This document shows, piece after piece, positions 8,713 to 17,950 of a stretch of 64,000 nucleotides of DNA. The translations under genes and the position numbers were made by a program. Below the pieces are notes generated by a model that was given only the letters and a program-made list of their open reading frames with translations, searched no databases and was not told the origin of the DNA. Source of the stretch: Candidatus Omnitrophota bacterium (GTDB lineage Bacteria > Omnitrophota > Gorgyraeia > 2-02-FULL-51-18); contig CAMDWQ010000009.1 in NCBI GenBank assembly GCA_945877765.1, positions 7,409 through 71,408 on the forward strand, written 5' to 3'. Position 1 is the stretch's first letter, and the number at the start of each line of letters is the position of its first letter.

Positions 8713-9006
8713 TTAAGCCGATTTAAATACTTTACGCCCAAATTCAGCCTGGATTCGCTCGGCGATGAAAATTTTAATTAATGACTGATACGGCACATCT
8801 CTTTTATTTGCCAAAAGCTTGACTTCTTCCAGCATCGACTCTGTAAGCCTCAAAGAAATCGTTTTTACCGAGGGTTTAAGGTTGGGGAAAACCACTCTCT
8901 TGGCTTTCGACCAATCCAAGTAATCGGTCGAATCATGAGTCGCCCAAAAATTCCGCTCCTCATCTTCACTCTTAAACTTAGGGATTCTCTTTTTTATAAA
9001 GCTCAT
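8713..9006 (-). CDS. brnA: BrnA-family antitoxin (CopG/RHH-like)
   Basis: 97 aa; KAKRVVFPNLKPSVKTISLRLTESMLEEVKLLANKRDVPYQSLIKIFIAERI resembles the BrnA antitoxin family. It overlaps the upstream BrnT gene by 29 nt. Confidence 0.6.
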   Translation of the reverse strand: MSFIKKRIPKFKSEDEERNFWATHDSTDYLDWSKAKRVVFPNLKPSVKTISLRLTESMLEEVKLLANKRDVPYQSLIKIFIAERIQAEFGRKVFKSA

Positions 9007-9283
9007 ATACCCGCCTTTCTTTAGCGCTCATGGGTCGCGCAGAAATAACCCGAATTGAATTTTTTCTAACCGTAAATATTAGGTAAAGCTCTTTGCTCTC
9101 ATCTGTCCTTCCAAGCGCAAAGTACCTCATTTCCTGCTCCGAATGAATTTCATCCCACCCAATCCGCAAAGGACTGTTAAATAATACCTGCTCGCATTCC
9201 TGAGGACTAACGCGGTGCTTCTTCCAATTCTTCCCCGCGTTATGCTCATCCCAATCAAAACCTGTGTATTTGGATAAATCCAA
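8978..9283 (-). CDS. brnT: BrnT-family ribonuclease toxin (DUF497)
   Basis: 101 aa; FDWDEHNAGKNWKKHRVSPQECEQV...RYFALGRTDESKELYLIFTVRKNSIRVISARPMSAKERRVYE matches the BrnT signature (FEWDxxKxxxNxxKHGVSFEEA...IRIISARKAtkkErkiYE). Confidence 0.75.
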   Translation of the reverse strand: MDLSKYTGFDWDEHNAGKNWKKHRVSPQECEQVLFNSPLRIGWDEIHSEQEMRYFALGRTDESKELYLIFTVRKNSIRVISARPMSAKERRVYELYKKENP

Positions 9284-9336
9284 TGCGCCGATCCTTTGTG
9301 TATATATTGGTAATATACATTAAAATAGAAAGAATA

Positions 9337-9786
9337 TCAAGAAAGCTGCTGTTTATAGGTAAACCCACATTTGGGGCAATTCCGTCTTCCCAAAATTGTT
9401 CTTGCTACACCTCGATGATAATTTCTCACAGAAAATAAATCATAAATTTTTACAAGAAATACGCCACAATTGGGACATATTGCTAAAAGGGTGTATATTC
9501 CCACCCAAATAATAATCCAAACAGGTATAGCAATGATGTCGAAAAATTTAATGTTAAAAGAAATACCAACAAAAATAAGATTGACCCAAAAAAGCATCTT
9601 TAGCCGCTTTATAAACTTCTCGTATCTTACTAATTCTTTAGGTGGATGTACTAAATAGAAAAGAATAGGTCTCAAGAAATAAGCCGCTAAAAATATTGCC
9701 AAAGATACAGAAACTACTATGAAAACCGCGGAAATTATTTCAATGGATATTTTTGAATGAGTTAGAAAATTAAATATATCTCGCAT
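9337..9786 (-). CDS. small polytopic membrane protein with C-terminal zinc ribbon, hypothetical
   Basis: 149 aa with about 4 predicted TM helices and a C-terminal CPNCG...(28 aa)...CPKCG pair. Confidence 0.4.
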   Translation of the reverse strand: MRDIFNFLTHSKISIEIISAVFIVVSVSLAIFLAAYFLRPILFYLVHPPKELVRYEKFIKRLKMLFWVNLIFVGISFNIKFFDIIAIPVWIIIWVGIYTLLAICPNCGVFLVKIYDLFSVRNYHRGVARTILGRRNCPKCGFTYKQQLS

Positions 9787-9813
9787 ATAAATTTCAATCC
9801 GCCATTGCGAAAT

Positions 9814-11388
9814 CTATTTCGCCAAATCTTCGACACGTGTTTCACGGATGATAATCACTTTGATCTGCCCTGGATACTGGACATTTTCTTCAATTTTCTT
9901 AGAAATTTCACGGGCCAGCGCCGGCATCGATTTTTCATCCACACGGTCGGGGCGCACCAGCACACGCACTTCACGCCCGCCCTGAATTACGAATGATTTC
10001 TCAACTCCTGGGTATTCGTCGACAATTTTTTCTAGTTTTTCCAAGCGTTGTAGATAACTTTCCACACTTTCGCGGCGGGCTCCGGGACGAGAGGCACTGA
10101 CGGCATCAGCCGCTTGGGTCAGCATCGGCCAAATGGATTGCATCTCAATATCTTCGTGATGTGCTTCAATCGCGTGCACCACATCCGGATGTTCGCCGTA
10201 GCGGCGGGCCAATTCCCCGCCAATCAACGCGTGAGGGCCGTCCACATCGTGACTGACCGCTTTTCCCAGGTCATGCAAAAGGCCTGCGCGGCGAGCCAAC
10301 AGCGGATCGATTTTCATTTCACCAGCGATGACATTCATAATGTGCGCCACCTCAATGGAATGATTTAACACATTTTGGCCGTAGCTAGTCCTAAAACGAA
10401 GACGGCCCAGAAGTTTCACAATTTCAGGATGGACACTCGTGGAAATGTTGGCTTCTAAAAGCGCCTTCTCACCTTCTTCTTTTAGCACATTTTCCATATT
10501 TTTTTTCATCTTCTGAACCACTTCTTCGATGCGCGCGGGCTGGATCCGGCCATCCTTAATGAGTTCCTCCAACGAAAGACGCGCAATCTCGCGGCGGATG
10601 CCGTCAAACGCCGAAAGCGTGACCGCTTGGGGCGTCTCATCAATAATTAAGTCCACACCGGTTAATGTCTCAAAAGTTTTGATATTACGCCCATCCTTAC
10701 CGATGATGCGTCCCTTCATCTCTTCGCTGGGAAGCCCAACCACTGTCACCGTGGATTCCATGGTGTGCGCGGCGGCACACCGCTGCATCGCTAGGCTTAG
10801 TATCTTTTTTGCGTTTTTGTCAGCCAGCTCATGGGCTTGGGCCTCTATACCCACAATCAATTGACTGGTATCAGCACGCAGGTCAATCTCCATCCGCTTT
10901 AAAAATTGTTTCTTGGCTTCTTCGCTATCAAGCGCTGAAAGTTTTTTAAGCACTTCGCGCTCTTCCTCATAAAGTTTCTCAAGGTTTTTTTCCCTGTCAT
11001 TAATAATTTTTTCTTTGCTGGCAGCTTCTTGGAAGCGAAACAGGGTTTCTTTTTCCCTCTTTTCAATCAAATCCTCTTTCTGCTCCATCGTACTTTCCTT
11101 GTACTTAATCATCTTTTCAGAATTTTCAAAATTGCGGCGCGTTTCTGAAACCTTACTCTCAAACTCCGCCTGGACTTTGCCTAAATATGTTTTGGCTTCT
11201 TTGTCGGCTTTCTTGAGCGCATCCTCAGACTCACGTTTAGCCAGCGTGAGGATTTCACGCGCTTTGGACTCCGCGGTACGGATCAACCTTTCTGCATAGC
11301 GTTTACGCATAAAGTACCCGACGCCGAAGAAAACTGCGGATAAAAGAACCCCGCCCAACAACAATGCAAATATTAGATTTCCGTCCAC
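9814..11388 (-). CDS. rny: ribonuclease Y
   Basis: 524 aa with an N-terminal TM helix, a coiled coil, a KH domain (IIGKDGRNIKTFETLTGVDLIIDE) and an HD domain (LLHDLGKAV...HHEDIE). Confidence 0.9.
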   Translation of the reverse strand: MDGNLIFALLLGGVLLSAVFFGVGYFMRKRYAERLIRTAESKAREILTLAKRESEDALKKADKEAKTYLGKVQAEFESKVSETRRNFENSEKMIKYKESTMEQKEDLIEKREKETLFRFQEAASKEKIINDREKNLEKLYEEEREVLKKLSALDSEEAKKQFLKRMEIDLRADTSQLIVGIEAQAHELADKNAKKILSLAMQRCAAAHTMESTVTVVGLPSEEMKGRIIGKDGRNIKTFETLTGVDLIIDETPQAVTLSAFDGIRREIARLSLEELIKDGRIQPARIEEVVQKMKKNMENVLKEEGEKALLEANISTSVHPEIVKLLGRLRFRTSYGQNVLNHSIEVAHIMNVIAGEMKIDPLLARRAGLLHDLGKAVSHDVDGPHALIGGELARRYGEHPDVVHAIEAHHEDIEMQSIWPMLTQAADAVSASRPGARRESVESYLQRLEKLEKIVDEYPGVEKSFVIQGGREVRVLVRPDRVDEKSMPALAREISKKIEENVQYPGQIKVIIIRETRVEDLAK

Positions 11389-11421
11389 TTCACATCTCCC
11401 AAGAAATTGTCATTGCTAATT

Positions 11422-11982
11422 TTAATCCGTAATAACCTCATCCAACACCACATCATGAACTTCTTGCGGCAAATCCTTAATCATGACCTGAAAAGAGTAA
11501 GCCAAGCCTATTTTTTTTATTGTAGGATCTAGTCGGTCTAAAAACCGGTCATAGAACCCAGCGCCATGGCCAATCCGGTGATTTTTTTTATCAAATACAA
11601 CACCGGGCACGATCACACAAGTCGCCTGCGTGGGCGCCACTTCCTTACCCCGCGACGAGTCCGGCTCAAGGATGCCGCAAGCCCCGGGTTTCAAGTGACT
11701 ATTTCTGTCACTGATTTCGTAAAAAAAAAGTTTTTTCGTCTTTAAATCCGAACAAGGCACCGCCACGCGCTTACCTTCCGCCAGCGCCCTATCAATCATC
11801 GTGTGTGTATCCACTTCTTCGGGCATCGAGACAAAAAAGAACACCCACTTCGCTTTTTGAAACTCCTGACAGCTCCATAGCTTAGTCTCAACGACCTTAC
11901 TGCGCCGCGCACGGTCCTGGACACTCTGCGCCAGCAATCGCAACTGAACCGCTTGTCTTAAATCTTTTTTTGCTTCCATCAA
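11422..11982 (-). CDS. 5-formyltetrahydrofolate cyclo-ligase
   Basis: 186 aa; IVPGVVFDKKNHRIGHGAGFYDRFL is the 5-FCL signature. Confidence 0.8.
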   Translation of the reverse strand: MMEAKKDLRQAVQLRLLAQSVQDRARRSKVVETKLWSCQEFQKAKWVFFFVSMPEEVDTHTMIDRALAEGKRVAVPCSDLKTKKLFFYEISDRNSHLKPGACGILEPDSSRGKEVAPTQATCVIVPGVVFDKKNHRIGHGAGFYDRFLDRLDPTIKKIGLAYSFQVMIKDLPQEVHDVVLDEVITD

Positions 11983-11984
11983 TA

Positions 11985-12443
11985 TTATATATGAAACGTA
12001 GTCTGTAAAGACGTGGATTTTGTCTTTTTTAGGCGGCGCGCTTCGTCCAAAAGCTCTTTTAGAGTCACCCGCGAAAGGCCTTCCTGAAGAAGCGATTCAA
12101 ATTTCCGCCAAAAAATAAATCCCGCAATGGTCGTTTCCGTGCTGGTCGATACAGCGGGCGGTGACGCAACCGCTGAAAAAAACTTTTTTCCTTCGAGGGC
12201 ACAGAACAAATCCTCCAACGTGACCTCCGAAGGCTTGCGATCAAGCACATACCCCCCTTGAGGACCTCGCACGCTCTTGACCAGGCCGTTTTTCTTAAGC
12301 GCGTTTAAGATTTGTTCTAAATAAGGGGTCGAAATACTTTCCTGCCGGGCAATCTGCGAAACGGCAAGCGACCCCTCCCCAAAACGGCCGGCAAGTGCCA
12401 AAACCGCTTTTAGGCCGTAGAGGGTGCGGGTAGAAAATTTCAT
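11985..12443 (-). CDS. Rrf2-family transcriptional regulator (CymR/IscR-like; lacks the 3-Cys cluster)
   Basis: 152 aa with the N-terminal winged helix MKFSTRTLYGLKAVLALA...SLAVSQIARQESISTPYLEQILNALKKNGLVKSVRGPQGGYVL. There is only one Cys, so it is not an Fe-S IscR type. It is adjacent to the sulfur-assimilation island. Confidence 0.8.
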   Translation of the reverse strand: MKFSTRTLYGLKAVLALAGRFGEGSLAVSQIARQESISTPYLEQILNALKKNGLVKSVRGPQGGYVLDRKPSEVTLEDLFCALEGKKFFSAVASPPAVSTSTETTIAGFIFWRKFESLLQEGLSRVTLKELLDEARRLKKTKSTSLQTTFHI

Positions 12444-12444
12444 T

Positions 12445-12672
12445 TCAAGTTTTTAGCGAGACTCGAACTTTAATAATTTGAAGCTCTGCTTTCATCTCTT
12501 CCAGGCGTGTTAATATCTCGTCTTGTTTTCTCTCAATCACGCTCAATCGCGGAGAGATCGTATCGCTTAACTCTGCAGTCGTTGTCGTATCCTCTTCGGC
12601 GTGAACAGGAAGTGCAGCCAGGATTCCCAAACAAAAAGCTAAAACACCAAACCCAAGGAAGTATCGTTTCAT
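12445..12672 (-). CDS. small secreted protein, hypothetical
   Basis: 75 aa with a signal peptide MKRYFLGFGVLAFCLGILAALPVHA followed by an acidic/coiled segment. Confidence 0.3.
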   Translation of the reverse strand: MKRYFLGFGVLAFCLGILAALPVHAEEDTTTTAELSDTISPRLSVIERKQDEILTRLEEMKAELQIIKVRVSLKT

Positions 12673-12916
12673 GGTTTATTTTCCTTTTTTTTAAATATAC
12701 ATCCGTGAATGAAAAATGAAACTGCCAGCGTCCAACAACAGGCTCCGCATCCTGCCACAACGGCGAAGTCTCCCGACGGATACGGAATATGCTTTAGCCG
12801 AAACCATTGATCCGTATAGAAAGAAACCTGCCTATAAGCCATCGACGGCAAGAAAAGGAAGAAGAAAAAGACATATAACGCCTGAAATATCTTGAGCAAA
12901 GAATACGCCTAAAAAA

Positions 12917-13492
12917 CTATCGCGCGCTGCCCCCCGTCACCGGGTCTACTTTGATTCCGCGGGATTCCAGAAATTTGATGCCTTTTTCTAGATTTTTTTC
13001 GGTACCCTCAAGCTCTAGCATCATCTCGCCAATAGTTTCCGTGACGCGAGCGCGCCGTATGTTGGGCATGATGTCATATTTTTTAGCCATTAAAAACACC
13101 GCGGGCTCCTGGATCTGAGTCTGCGGAAAAACCAGCATCACGCGCTGGGTTGTTTTTTTGGATCCTGTAGCCTTTTTACGGCTAAGGATAGCGCCGCCGG
13201 CAATGGCTGGGATGATAGAAATATCATCGCCCTCTTTAAGCAAAGTTTCCTGTCCCTGTAAAAAACGAATATCTTCCTCGTTGACATACACATTCACAAA
13301 GCGGCGCAGTTTTCCTTCGGCATCGCAGAGACGTTCCTTGATACCCGGGTGATTTTTCTCAAGCTCTGCCAACATGCCATTAATGTCCTTGGCTTCACAT
13401 TGCACATCGCCCTGGTTATTGGTTAATTTCTGTAAAGGGGTGGGGATTCTTACTTTGACGGCCATATTGCCTCCTAGTGCCTTGTTTGCCAA
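12917..13492 (-). CDS. CysO/MoaD/ThiS-like sulfur-carrier protein with a ~90 aa C-terminal extension after the Gly-Gly
   Basis: Residues about 10-100, [14 protein letters not shown]...[37 protein letters not shown], align closely with M. tuberculosis CysO (RFVNIYVNDEDVRF...ILPAVAGG). The protein then continues AILSRKK...VMLVFPQ...MPNIRRARV...[10 protein letters not shown], a possibly NIL-like domain, and ends near a second GG. Confidence 0.7.
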   Translation of the reverse strand: MANKALGGNMAVKVRIPTPLQKLTNNQGDVQCEAKDINGMLAELEKNHPGIKERLCDAEGKLRRFVNVYVNEEDIRFLQGQETLLKEGDDISIIPAIAGGAILSRKKATGSKKTTQRVMLVFPQTQIQEPAVFLMAKKYDIMPNIRRARVTETIGEMMLELEGTEKNLEKGIKFLESRGIKVDPVTGGSAR

Positions 13493-14739
13493 ACATCGGC
13501 TTTGATGTGATTGAGATGCCTAATATTTTCTTCAAATGAACTCAGCGACGGTTTGATACGGTGCGGTTTACCGATATGGTCGCTCACGGCTTCTTGAGTC
13601 TTTAACCCATTACCGGTAATACAAATCACGCAAGATTCGTTTTTGTTAATGACACCATTTTCGATCAGTTTTTTTGCCGAGGCAACAGTGACGCCGCCTG
13701 CGGTCTCGGTAAATATCCCTTCCGTTCGCGCTAGAAGTTTAATCCCCTCGATAATTTCATCATCCGTGACGCTTTCACCTGACCCGCCGCTTTCCTTGAT
13801 TGTATCAATCGCGTAGATCCCATCCGCTGGATTGCCAATCGCCAGAGACTTGGCGATGGTTTTGGGTTTGACCGGCCGGATGATATCACTATTTTCTTTC
13901 ATGGCCGTCACCACCGGAGAGCAGCCCAAAGCTTGCGCCGCGTACATTTTTGTATCCACGGAGCTAATCAAGCCAAGTTTTTTAAATTCATTAAACGCTT
14001 TCCAAATTTTAGTCAAAAGAGAGCCGGAGGCAACTGGCACCACCACATGTTTCGGGGTGCGCCAGCCAAGCTGTTCCATGATTTCATAGCCGTAGGTCTT
14101 GGAACCTTCAGCGTAGTAGGGACGGATATTGACGTTCACAAACGCCCAGTGATACTTGGCGGCAATCTCAGCACAAAGACGGTTCACCTCATCATAATTT
14201 CCCTCAACCGCCACCAGATTCGGCGCATAAGCCAAGGCACCAATCACTTTTCCCAATTCCAAATCGGCGGGAATAAAAACAAAGCGGTTAAGACCTGCCC
14301 AAGCGGCATTCGCACTAACCGAGCCGGCAAGATTTCCGGTCGACGCACAAGCAACTGTTGTAAACCCAAGTTCTTTCGCACGCGTCAACGCCACCGCCAC
14401 CACACGATCTTTAAATGAAAGTGTAGGATGACAAACCGAATCATCTTTAATATAAAGTTCTTTCATTCCTAATTCACGAGCTAGATTTTCCGAGCGGATG
14501 AGTGGAGTAAAGCCCGCGTGATAGCCGACGGTTGGCTCACCCTCAATGGGCAAAAGCTCCCGATAACGCCAAAGACTCTTAGGACCCTTTTGAATTTTTT
14601 CGCGTGAGATGACGGATTTAATTTTATCGTAATCATAATCCACTTCCAGAGACCCAAAACAAAACTCGCAGACATAAATAGCCTCTGCTTTATAAACTCG
14701 GTGGCACTCGCGGCACTTCAGACCTTTGATATAACTCAT
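13474..14739 (-). CDS. threonine-synthase-family PLP enzyme (fold type II) with N-terminal Zn ribbon
   Basis: 421 aa with N-terminal CREC...CEFC, the PLP-lysine motif [15 protein letters not shown] and a Gly-rich loop. Its 3' end overlaps the CysO-like gene by 19 nt. Confidence 0.8.
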   Translation of the reverse strand: MSYIKGLKCRECHRVYKAEAIYVCEFCFGSLEVDYDYDKIKSVISREKIQKGPKSLWRYRELLPIEGEPTVGYHAGFTPLIRSENLARELGMKELYIKDDSVCHPTLSFKDRVVAVALTRAKELGFTTVACASTGNLAGSVSANAAWAGLNRFVFIPADLELGKVIGALAYAPNLVAVEGNYDEVNRLCAEIAAKYHWAFVNVNIRPYYAEGSKTYGYEIMEQLGWRTPKHVVVPVASGSLLTKIWKAFNEFKKLGLISSVDTKMYAAQALGCSPVVTAMKENSDIIRPVKPKTIAKSLAIGNPADGIYAIDTIKESGGSGESVTDDEIIEGIKLLARTEGIFTETAGGVTVASAKKLIENGVINKNESCVICITGNGLKTQEAVSDHIGKPHRIKPSLSSFEENIRHLNHIKADVWQTRH

Positions 14740-14821
14740 TTATTTTCCTAAGGTTAAGTAATATTTATCTCGGCTACAGAAAATTCAGTCTATCACTTCC
14801 AAATAGAGCTTGTCTAGCAGT

Positions 14822-15889
14822 TCAAAAATTCAAAAAAAGATCCTTCAAGTCCGGCTTTTTCTTCAAAAAACCTACCTGATACGCGTTCTGGGCCTGAGCC
14901 AAAACAGACTCCCGCATCTGATCGGTGGTAAATACCACCCGCTTCCATGCCATATCCAAAATAGTGGGGTCCATTTTTCTGCGCATGAATTTTTCAAATT
15001 GATTATTGAATAATTCTTTTGACTCTTTAGGATGTCCATTAATCCAGTCCGTCAGCTCGCGATGTGCCCTCAAGAAATTTCGTACTTGCTCCGGGTGCTG
15101 ATCTAAAAATTTTTTCCTTACAATGACAACCGTTGTTGCATACCGGCCTTTGGGCCACAACGACGACTCTTCCATGAATATTTTTGTCCCGCCTTGCTTC
15201 AAATAAATAGAAACCCACGGTTCTACGCTCCACGAAGCATCAATTTCCTTTTTAGAAAAAAGACTCAGCTGATCCGCGTTCGCCACCGGCAGCACATCCA
15301 CGTCGCCCCCTTTTTCACGAATTTTTAAATTTTGTGAAAGAAGCCACGAGCGCAATGCCACATCCTGCGTGTTCCCAAATTGAGGAGACGTTATTTTTTT
15401 CCCATGAAAATCCTGCGCCAATTGAATCCCCGCATCCTCCCGCACGACCAACGCTGCGCCGCCGCTGGCCGCTCCAGCAAGAATGCGAACCACCTCGCCG
15501 TTGGATTTCACATAACCATTCACCGCGGGGCTGGGCCCAACATACGCAATATCCAAGTGATTGGCAAACATCGCCTCAATCACCGAGGGTCCCGCATTAA
15601 ACACCGTCCACTCCACCGCGCCCTTCCCTAATTTTTGATCCCAAAATCCATTCGCCTGCCCCACCATCGCCTGCGCATGCGTGATATTGGAAAAAAACCC
15701 CGCCCGAATCTTTTCCGTCTTCTCCGCCGCCACTATCCCTGCGCCTATAAAACTGAAAGCGCTCGGAATTAGCACAAAGAATATTATTAGCACGCGGCGG
15801 GTGGCGCGGAGGGTGGGCGCCCATTGACCCGCAGGCCAAAGGAAGGCCGAGGACGCAATGGGCTCCCGCAGCGACAGGCCCTGCCGCAT
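14822..15889 (-). CDS. ABC transporter substrate-binding protein, NitT/TauT (SsuA/TauA/NMT1-like) family
   Basis: Periplasmic-binding-protein fold with a TM/signal segment VLIIFFVLIPSAFSFIGAGIVAA. The exact start is uncertain because the 5' end of the ORF runs through a GC-rich repeat (15785..15895); it may use a non-ATG start further downstream. Confidence 0.7.
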   Translation of the reverse strand: MRQGLSLREPIASSAFLWPAGQWAPTLRATRRVLIIFFVLIPSAFSFIGAGIVAAEKTEKIRAGFFSNITHAQAMVGQANGFWDQKLGKGAVEWTVFNAGPSVIEAMFANHLDIAYVGPSPAVNGYVKSNGEVVRILAGAASGGAALVVREDAGIQLAQDFHGKKITSPQFGNTQDVALRSWLLSQNLKIREKGGDVDVLPVANADQLSLFSKKEIDASWSVEPWVSIYLKQGGTKIFMEESSLWPKGRYATTVVIVRKKFLDQHPEQVRNFLRAHRELTDWINGHPKESKELFNNQFEKFMRRKMDPTILDMAWKRVVFTTDQMRESVLAQAQNAYQVGFLKKKPDLKDLFLNF

Positions 15890-15895
15890 CACCTT
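15785..15895. repeat. GC-rich structured element, divergent copy C, in the leader of the SBP gene
   Basis: GCGGGTGGCGCGGAGGGTGGGCGCCC...GGGCTCCCGCAGCGACAGGCCCTG shares the GGGTGGCGC-GGAGGG core and the CCCGCAG..GACAGGCCC tail with copies A and B. Confidence 0.3.
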
Positions 15896-15906
15896 CACTA
15901 TATTCT

Positions 15907-16698
15907 TCAACTCTTTTCCAGCCCCCAAAGTTTTCTAAACTTCCTCTCTAGACTCCCAAACACCAACATATCCATCACAATCCCAATCACAATAATCACG
16001 ATCATCACCGCCATCACCTGGCTCATATCATTCAACTCCCGCCCCACATTCAAAAGATGCCCCAACCCCAGCGTCGCAAACACAATTTCGGCTCCCATGA
16101 GCGCCCGCCATGCAAACGACCACCCCTGCTTGAGCCCTCCCACAATCGAAGGCAGCGCGGCAGGAAAAATCACATATAAAAACATATCAATGCCGCGAGC
16201 GCCCATATTCCGCCCGGCCCGCAAATACATTGGCTGAATATTTTTGACACCGCTATCGGTAGCAATCGTCACGGATAAAAGGGACCCCATGATGACAACA
16301 AAAATAATTGCTGCTTCGCTCAAACCAAACCACAAAATTGCCAGCGGCAGCCAGCAAATACTCGGCAGCGTCTGAATCCCCACAAAAAAACCGCCCAAGG
16401 TCTCGTCTAGCACCCTGATTTTCCCGATTACCAGGCCAATTGCCACGCCAATCACCACTGATATTCCATAACCTAAAAGTAATCTTTTCATCGTCACAAA
16501 AATAGCGGAAAAAAGAGTCTTGTCCTTATAAATCGAGATAAACGTCTCGCCCACCTGCGCCGGGGAGGGGAATAAATAAGACGGCCATAGCTTTAGATTG
16601 AATAAAAATAACCATAGAAAATAAAGCAGTGAATAAAAAATTACCTGCCTTATGATTTTTAGAAGCATACTGTCATGATAGAAAAAATTTCGGATCAT
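15907..16698 (-). CDS. ABC transporter permease (NitT/TauT family, SsuC/TauC-like)
   Basis: 263 aa with 6 TM helices and a BPD-transport inner-membrane-component fold. It sits between the ThiS-CysK fusion gene and the SBP gene. Confidence 0.8.
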   Translation of the reverse strand: MIRNFFYHDSMLLKIIRQVIFYSLLYFLWLFLFNLKLWPSYLFPSPAQVGETFISIYKDKTLFSAIFVTMKRLLLGYGISVVIGVAIGLVIGKIRVLDETLGGFFVGIQTLPSICWLPLAILWFGLSEAAIIFVVIMGSLLSVTIATDSGVKNIQPMYLRAGRNMGARGIDMFLYVIFPAALPSIVGGLKQGWSFAWRALMGAEIVFATLGLGHLLNVGRELNDMSQVMAVMIVIIVIGIVMDMLVFGSLERKFRKLWGLEKS

Positions 16699-16701
16699 AG
16701 G

Positions 16702-17847
16702 TTATATATTGAAATACGGCTCCAGACTTAAGTATCTTTCCCACGAGTCAGGAAACAGGACGACCACCTTTTTCCCCGCGCCCAGCATTTTGGCAATCTT
16801 CACTGCCCCAACACAAGCGGCTCCGCAAGAAATTCCCGCAAAAACCCCTTCTTCGCGCGAAAGCCTTTTGGCCATCTGGTAGGCTTCTTGATCCCCGACA
16901 GGAATAATTTCATCAATTAGGCTGCGATCCAAAACATCAGGGATAAACCCTGCGCCGATTCCCTGGATCATGTGCGGTCCGGGTTTTCCGCCGGATAATA
17001 CACTGGATGTTTTCGGCTCTACGGCGATAATGCGGGTCTTTGGATTGTGCTCTTTAAGCACCTTTCCCACACCCGTAATAGTCCCTCCGGTTCCGACGCC
17101 CGCAACAAACGCGTCCACTTGTCCGTCCATGTCGCGCAAAATTTCTTTAGCGGTTGTTTTTCGGTGCATCGCCGGATTATCCGGATTCTTAAACTGCTGA
17201 GGCATAAACGCGTCTTTTATCGTGGACACGATTTCCCGAGCACGTTCAACAGCGCCGGCCATTCCTTCTTTGGCTGACGTGAGCATCACTTCCGCACCAA
17301 AGCTTTCAAGAATTTGAATTCTCTCCTGGCTCATCCCGTCCGGCATCACTAAAATTACTTTATAACCTTTAACAGCACCCACAATCGCTAAGCCAATACC
17401 AGTGTTGCCGCTGGTAGGCTCAATGATCGTGGAACCCGGTTTTAAAAGACCTTTTTTCTCAGCCTGTTCCACCATGTTGAGCGCAATTCTGTCTTTGACA
17501 CTGGCGCCGGGATTAAACATTTCAAGCTTGGCATAAACACTGGCAGAATCTTTTTCGATGATTTTCGAAAGACGCACCATCGGTGTCTCTCCGATAAGAT
17601 CAAGAACGCTTTGGGCAATCGCGCCGCCGCCCATATAAAAAACAAATTCGACACGGTCCCCTGCCTGGATCTTTGTCGAATCGTATTCTAGTTTTTGCGG
17701 GATATTTTCATTGATCTCAACCGTGACAAGCTCCGGACGGACTTTCCATTTGAGCAAAATATCCGACACCGACAACCCTTTTTGAATTTGTTGTATTTTT
17801 CCGTTTAATTGGATTTGGATCATTTCTTTGGCTTCAGTGTTAGACAA
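16702..17847 (-). CDS. fusion protein: N-terminal ThiS/MoaD-like ubiquitin-fold domain ending in GGG, joined in-frame to cysteine synthase (CysK/CysM, PLP)
   Basis: Residues 9-74, MIQIQLNGKIQQIQKGLSVSDILLKWKVRPELVTVEINENIPQKLEYDSTKIQAGDRVEFVFYMGGG, form a ThiS-type domain with a terminal Gly-Gly. They are followed directly by a CysK core with the PLP lysine (MFNPGASVKDRIA), TSGNTG and the GTGGT loop. Confidence 0.8.
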   Translation of the reverse strand: MSNTEAKEMIQIQLNGKIQQIQKGLSVSDILLKWKVRPELVTVEINENIPQKLEYDSTKIQAGDRVEFVFYMGGGAIAQSVLDLIGETPMVRLSKIIEKDSASVYAKLEMFNPGASVKDRIALNMVEQAEKKGLLKPGSTIIEPTSGNTGIGLAIVGAVKGYKVILVMPDGMSQERIQILESFGAEVMLTSAKEGMAGAVERAREIVSTIKDAFMPQQFKNPDNPAMHRKTTAKEILRDMDGQVDAFVAGVGTGGTITGVGKVLKEHNPKTRIIAVEPKTSSVLSGGKPGPHMIQGIGAGFIPDVLDRSLIDEIIPVGDQEAYQMAKRLSREEGVFAGISCGAACVGAVKIAKMLGAGKKVVVLFPDSWERYLSLEPYFNI

Positions 17848-17864
17848 TTTACTCCCTCCCCATT

Positions 17865-17942
17865 GTCATTCCCGAGTGCTTTAATCGGGAATCAAACTTG
17901 GATTAGACATGATCCCCGAAAAAAAAATTCGGGGATGACATT
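17865..17942. repeat. REP/MITE-like hairpin elements, two units (TTCCCGA/TCGGGAA type and CCCCGA/TCGGGG type)
   Basis: GTCATTCCCGAgtgctttaATCGGGAATCA ... catGATCCCCGAaaaaaaaatTCGGGGATGACAtt. Confidence 0.7.
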
Positions 17943-17950
17943 TTAAGCTT

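Noticed and set aside
12669-12899. ORF 12669..12899 (-), 76 aa Cys-rich hydrophobic peptide (VVAGCGACCW)
   Set aside because: It could be a small membrane peptide, but it overlaps other short ORFs in a spacer with no clear RBS. The evidence is insufficient to call it.
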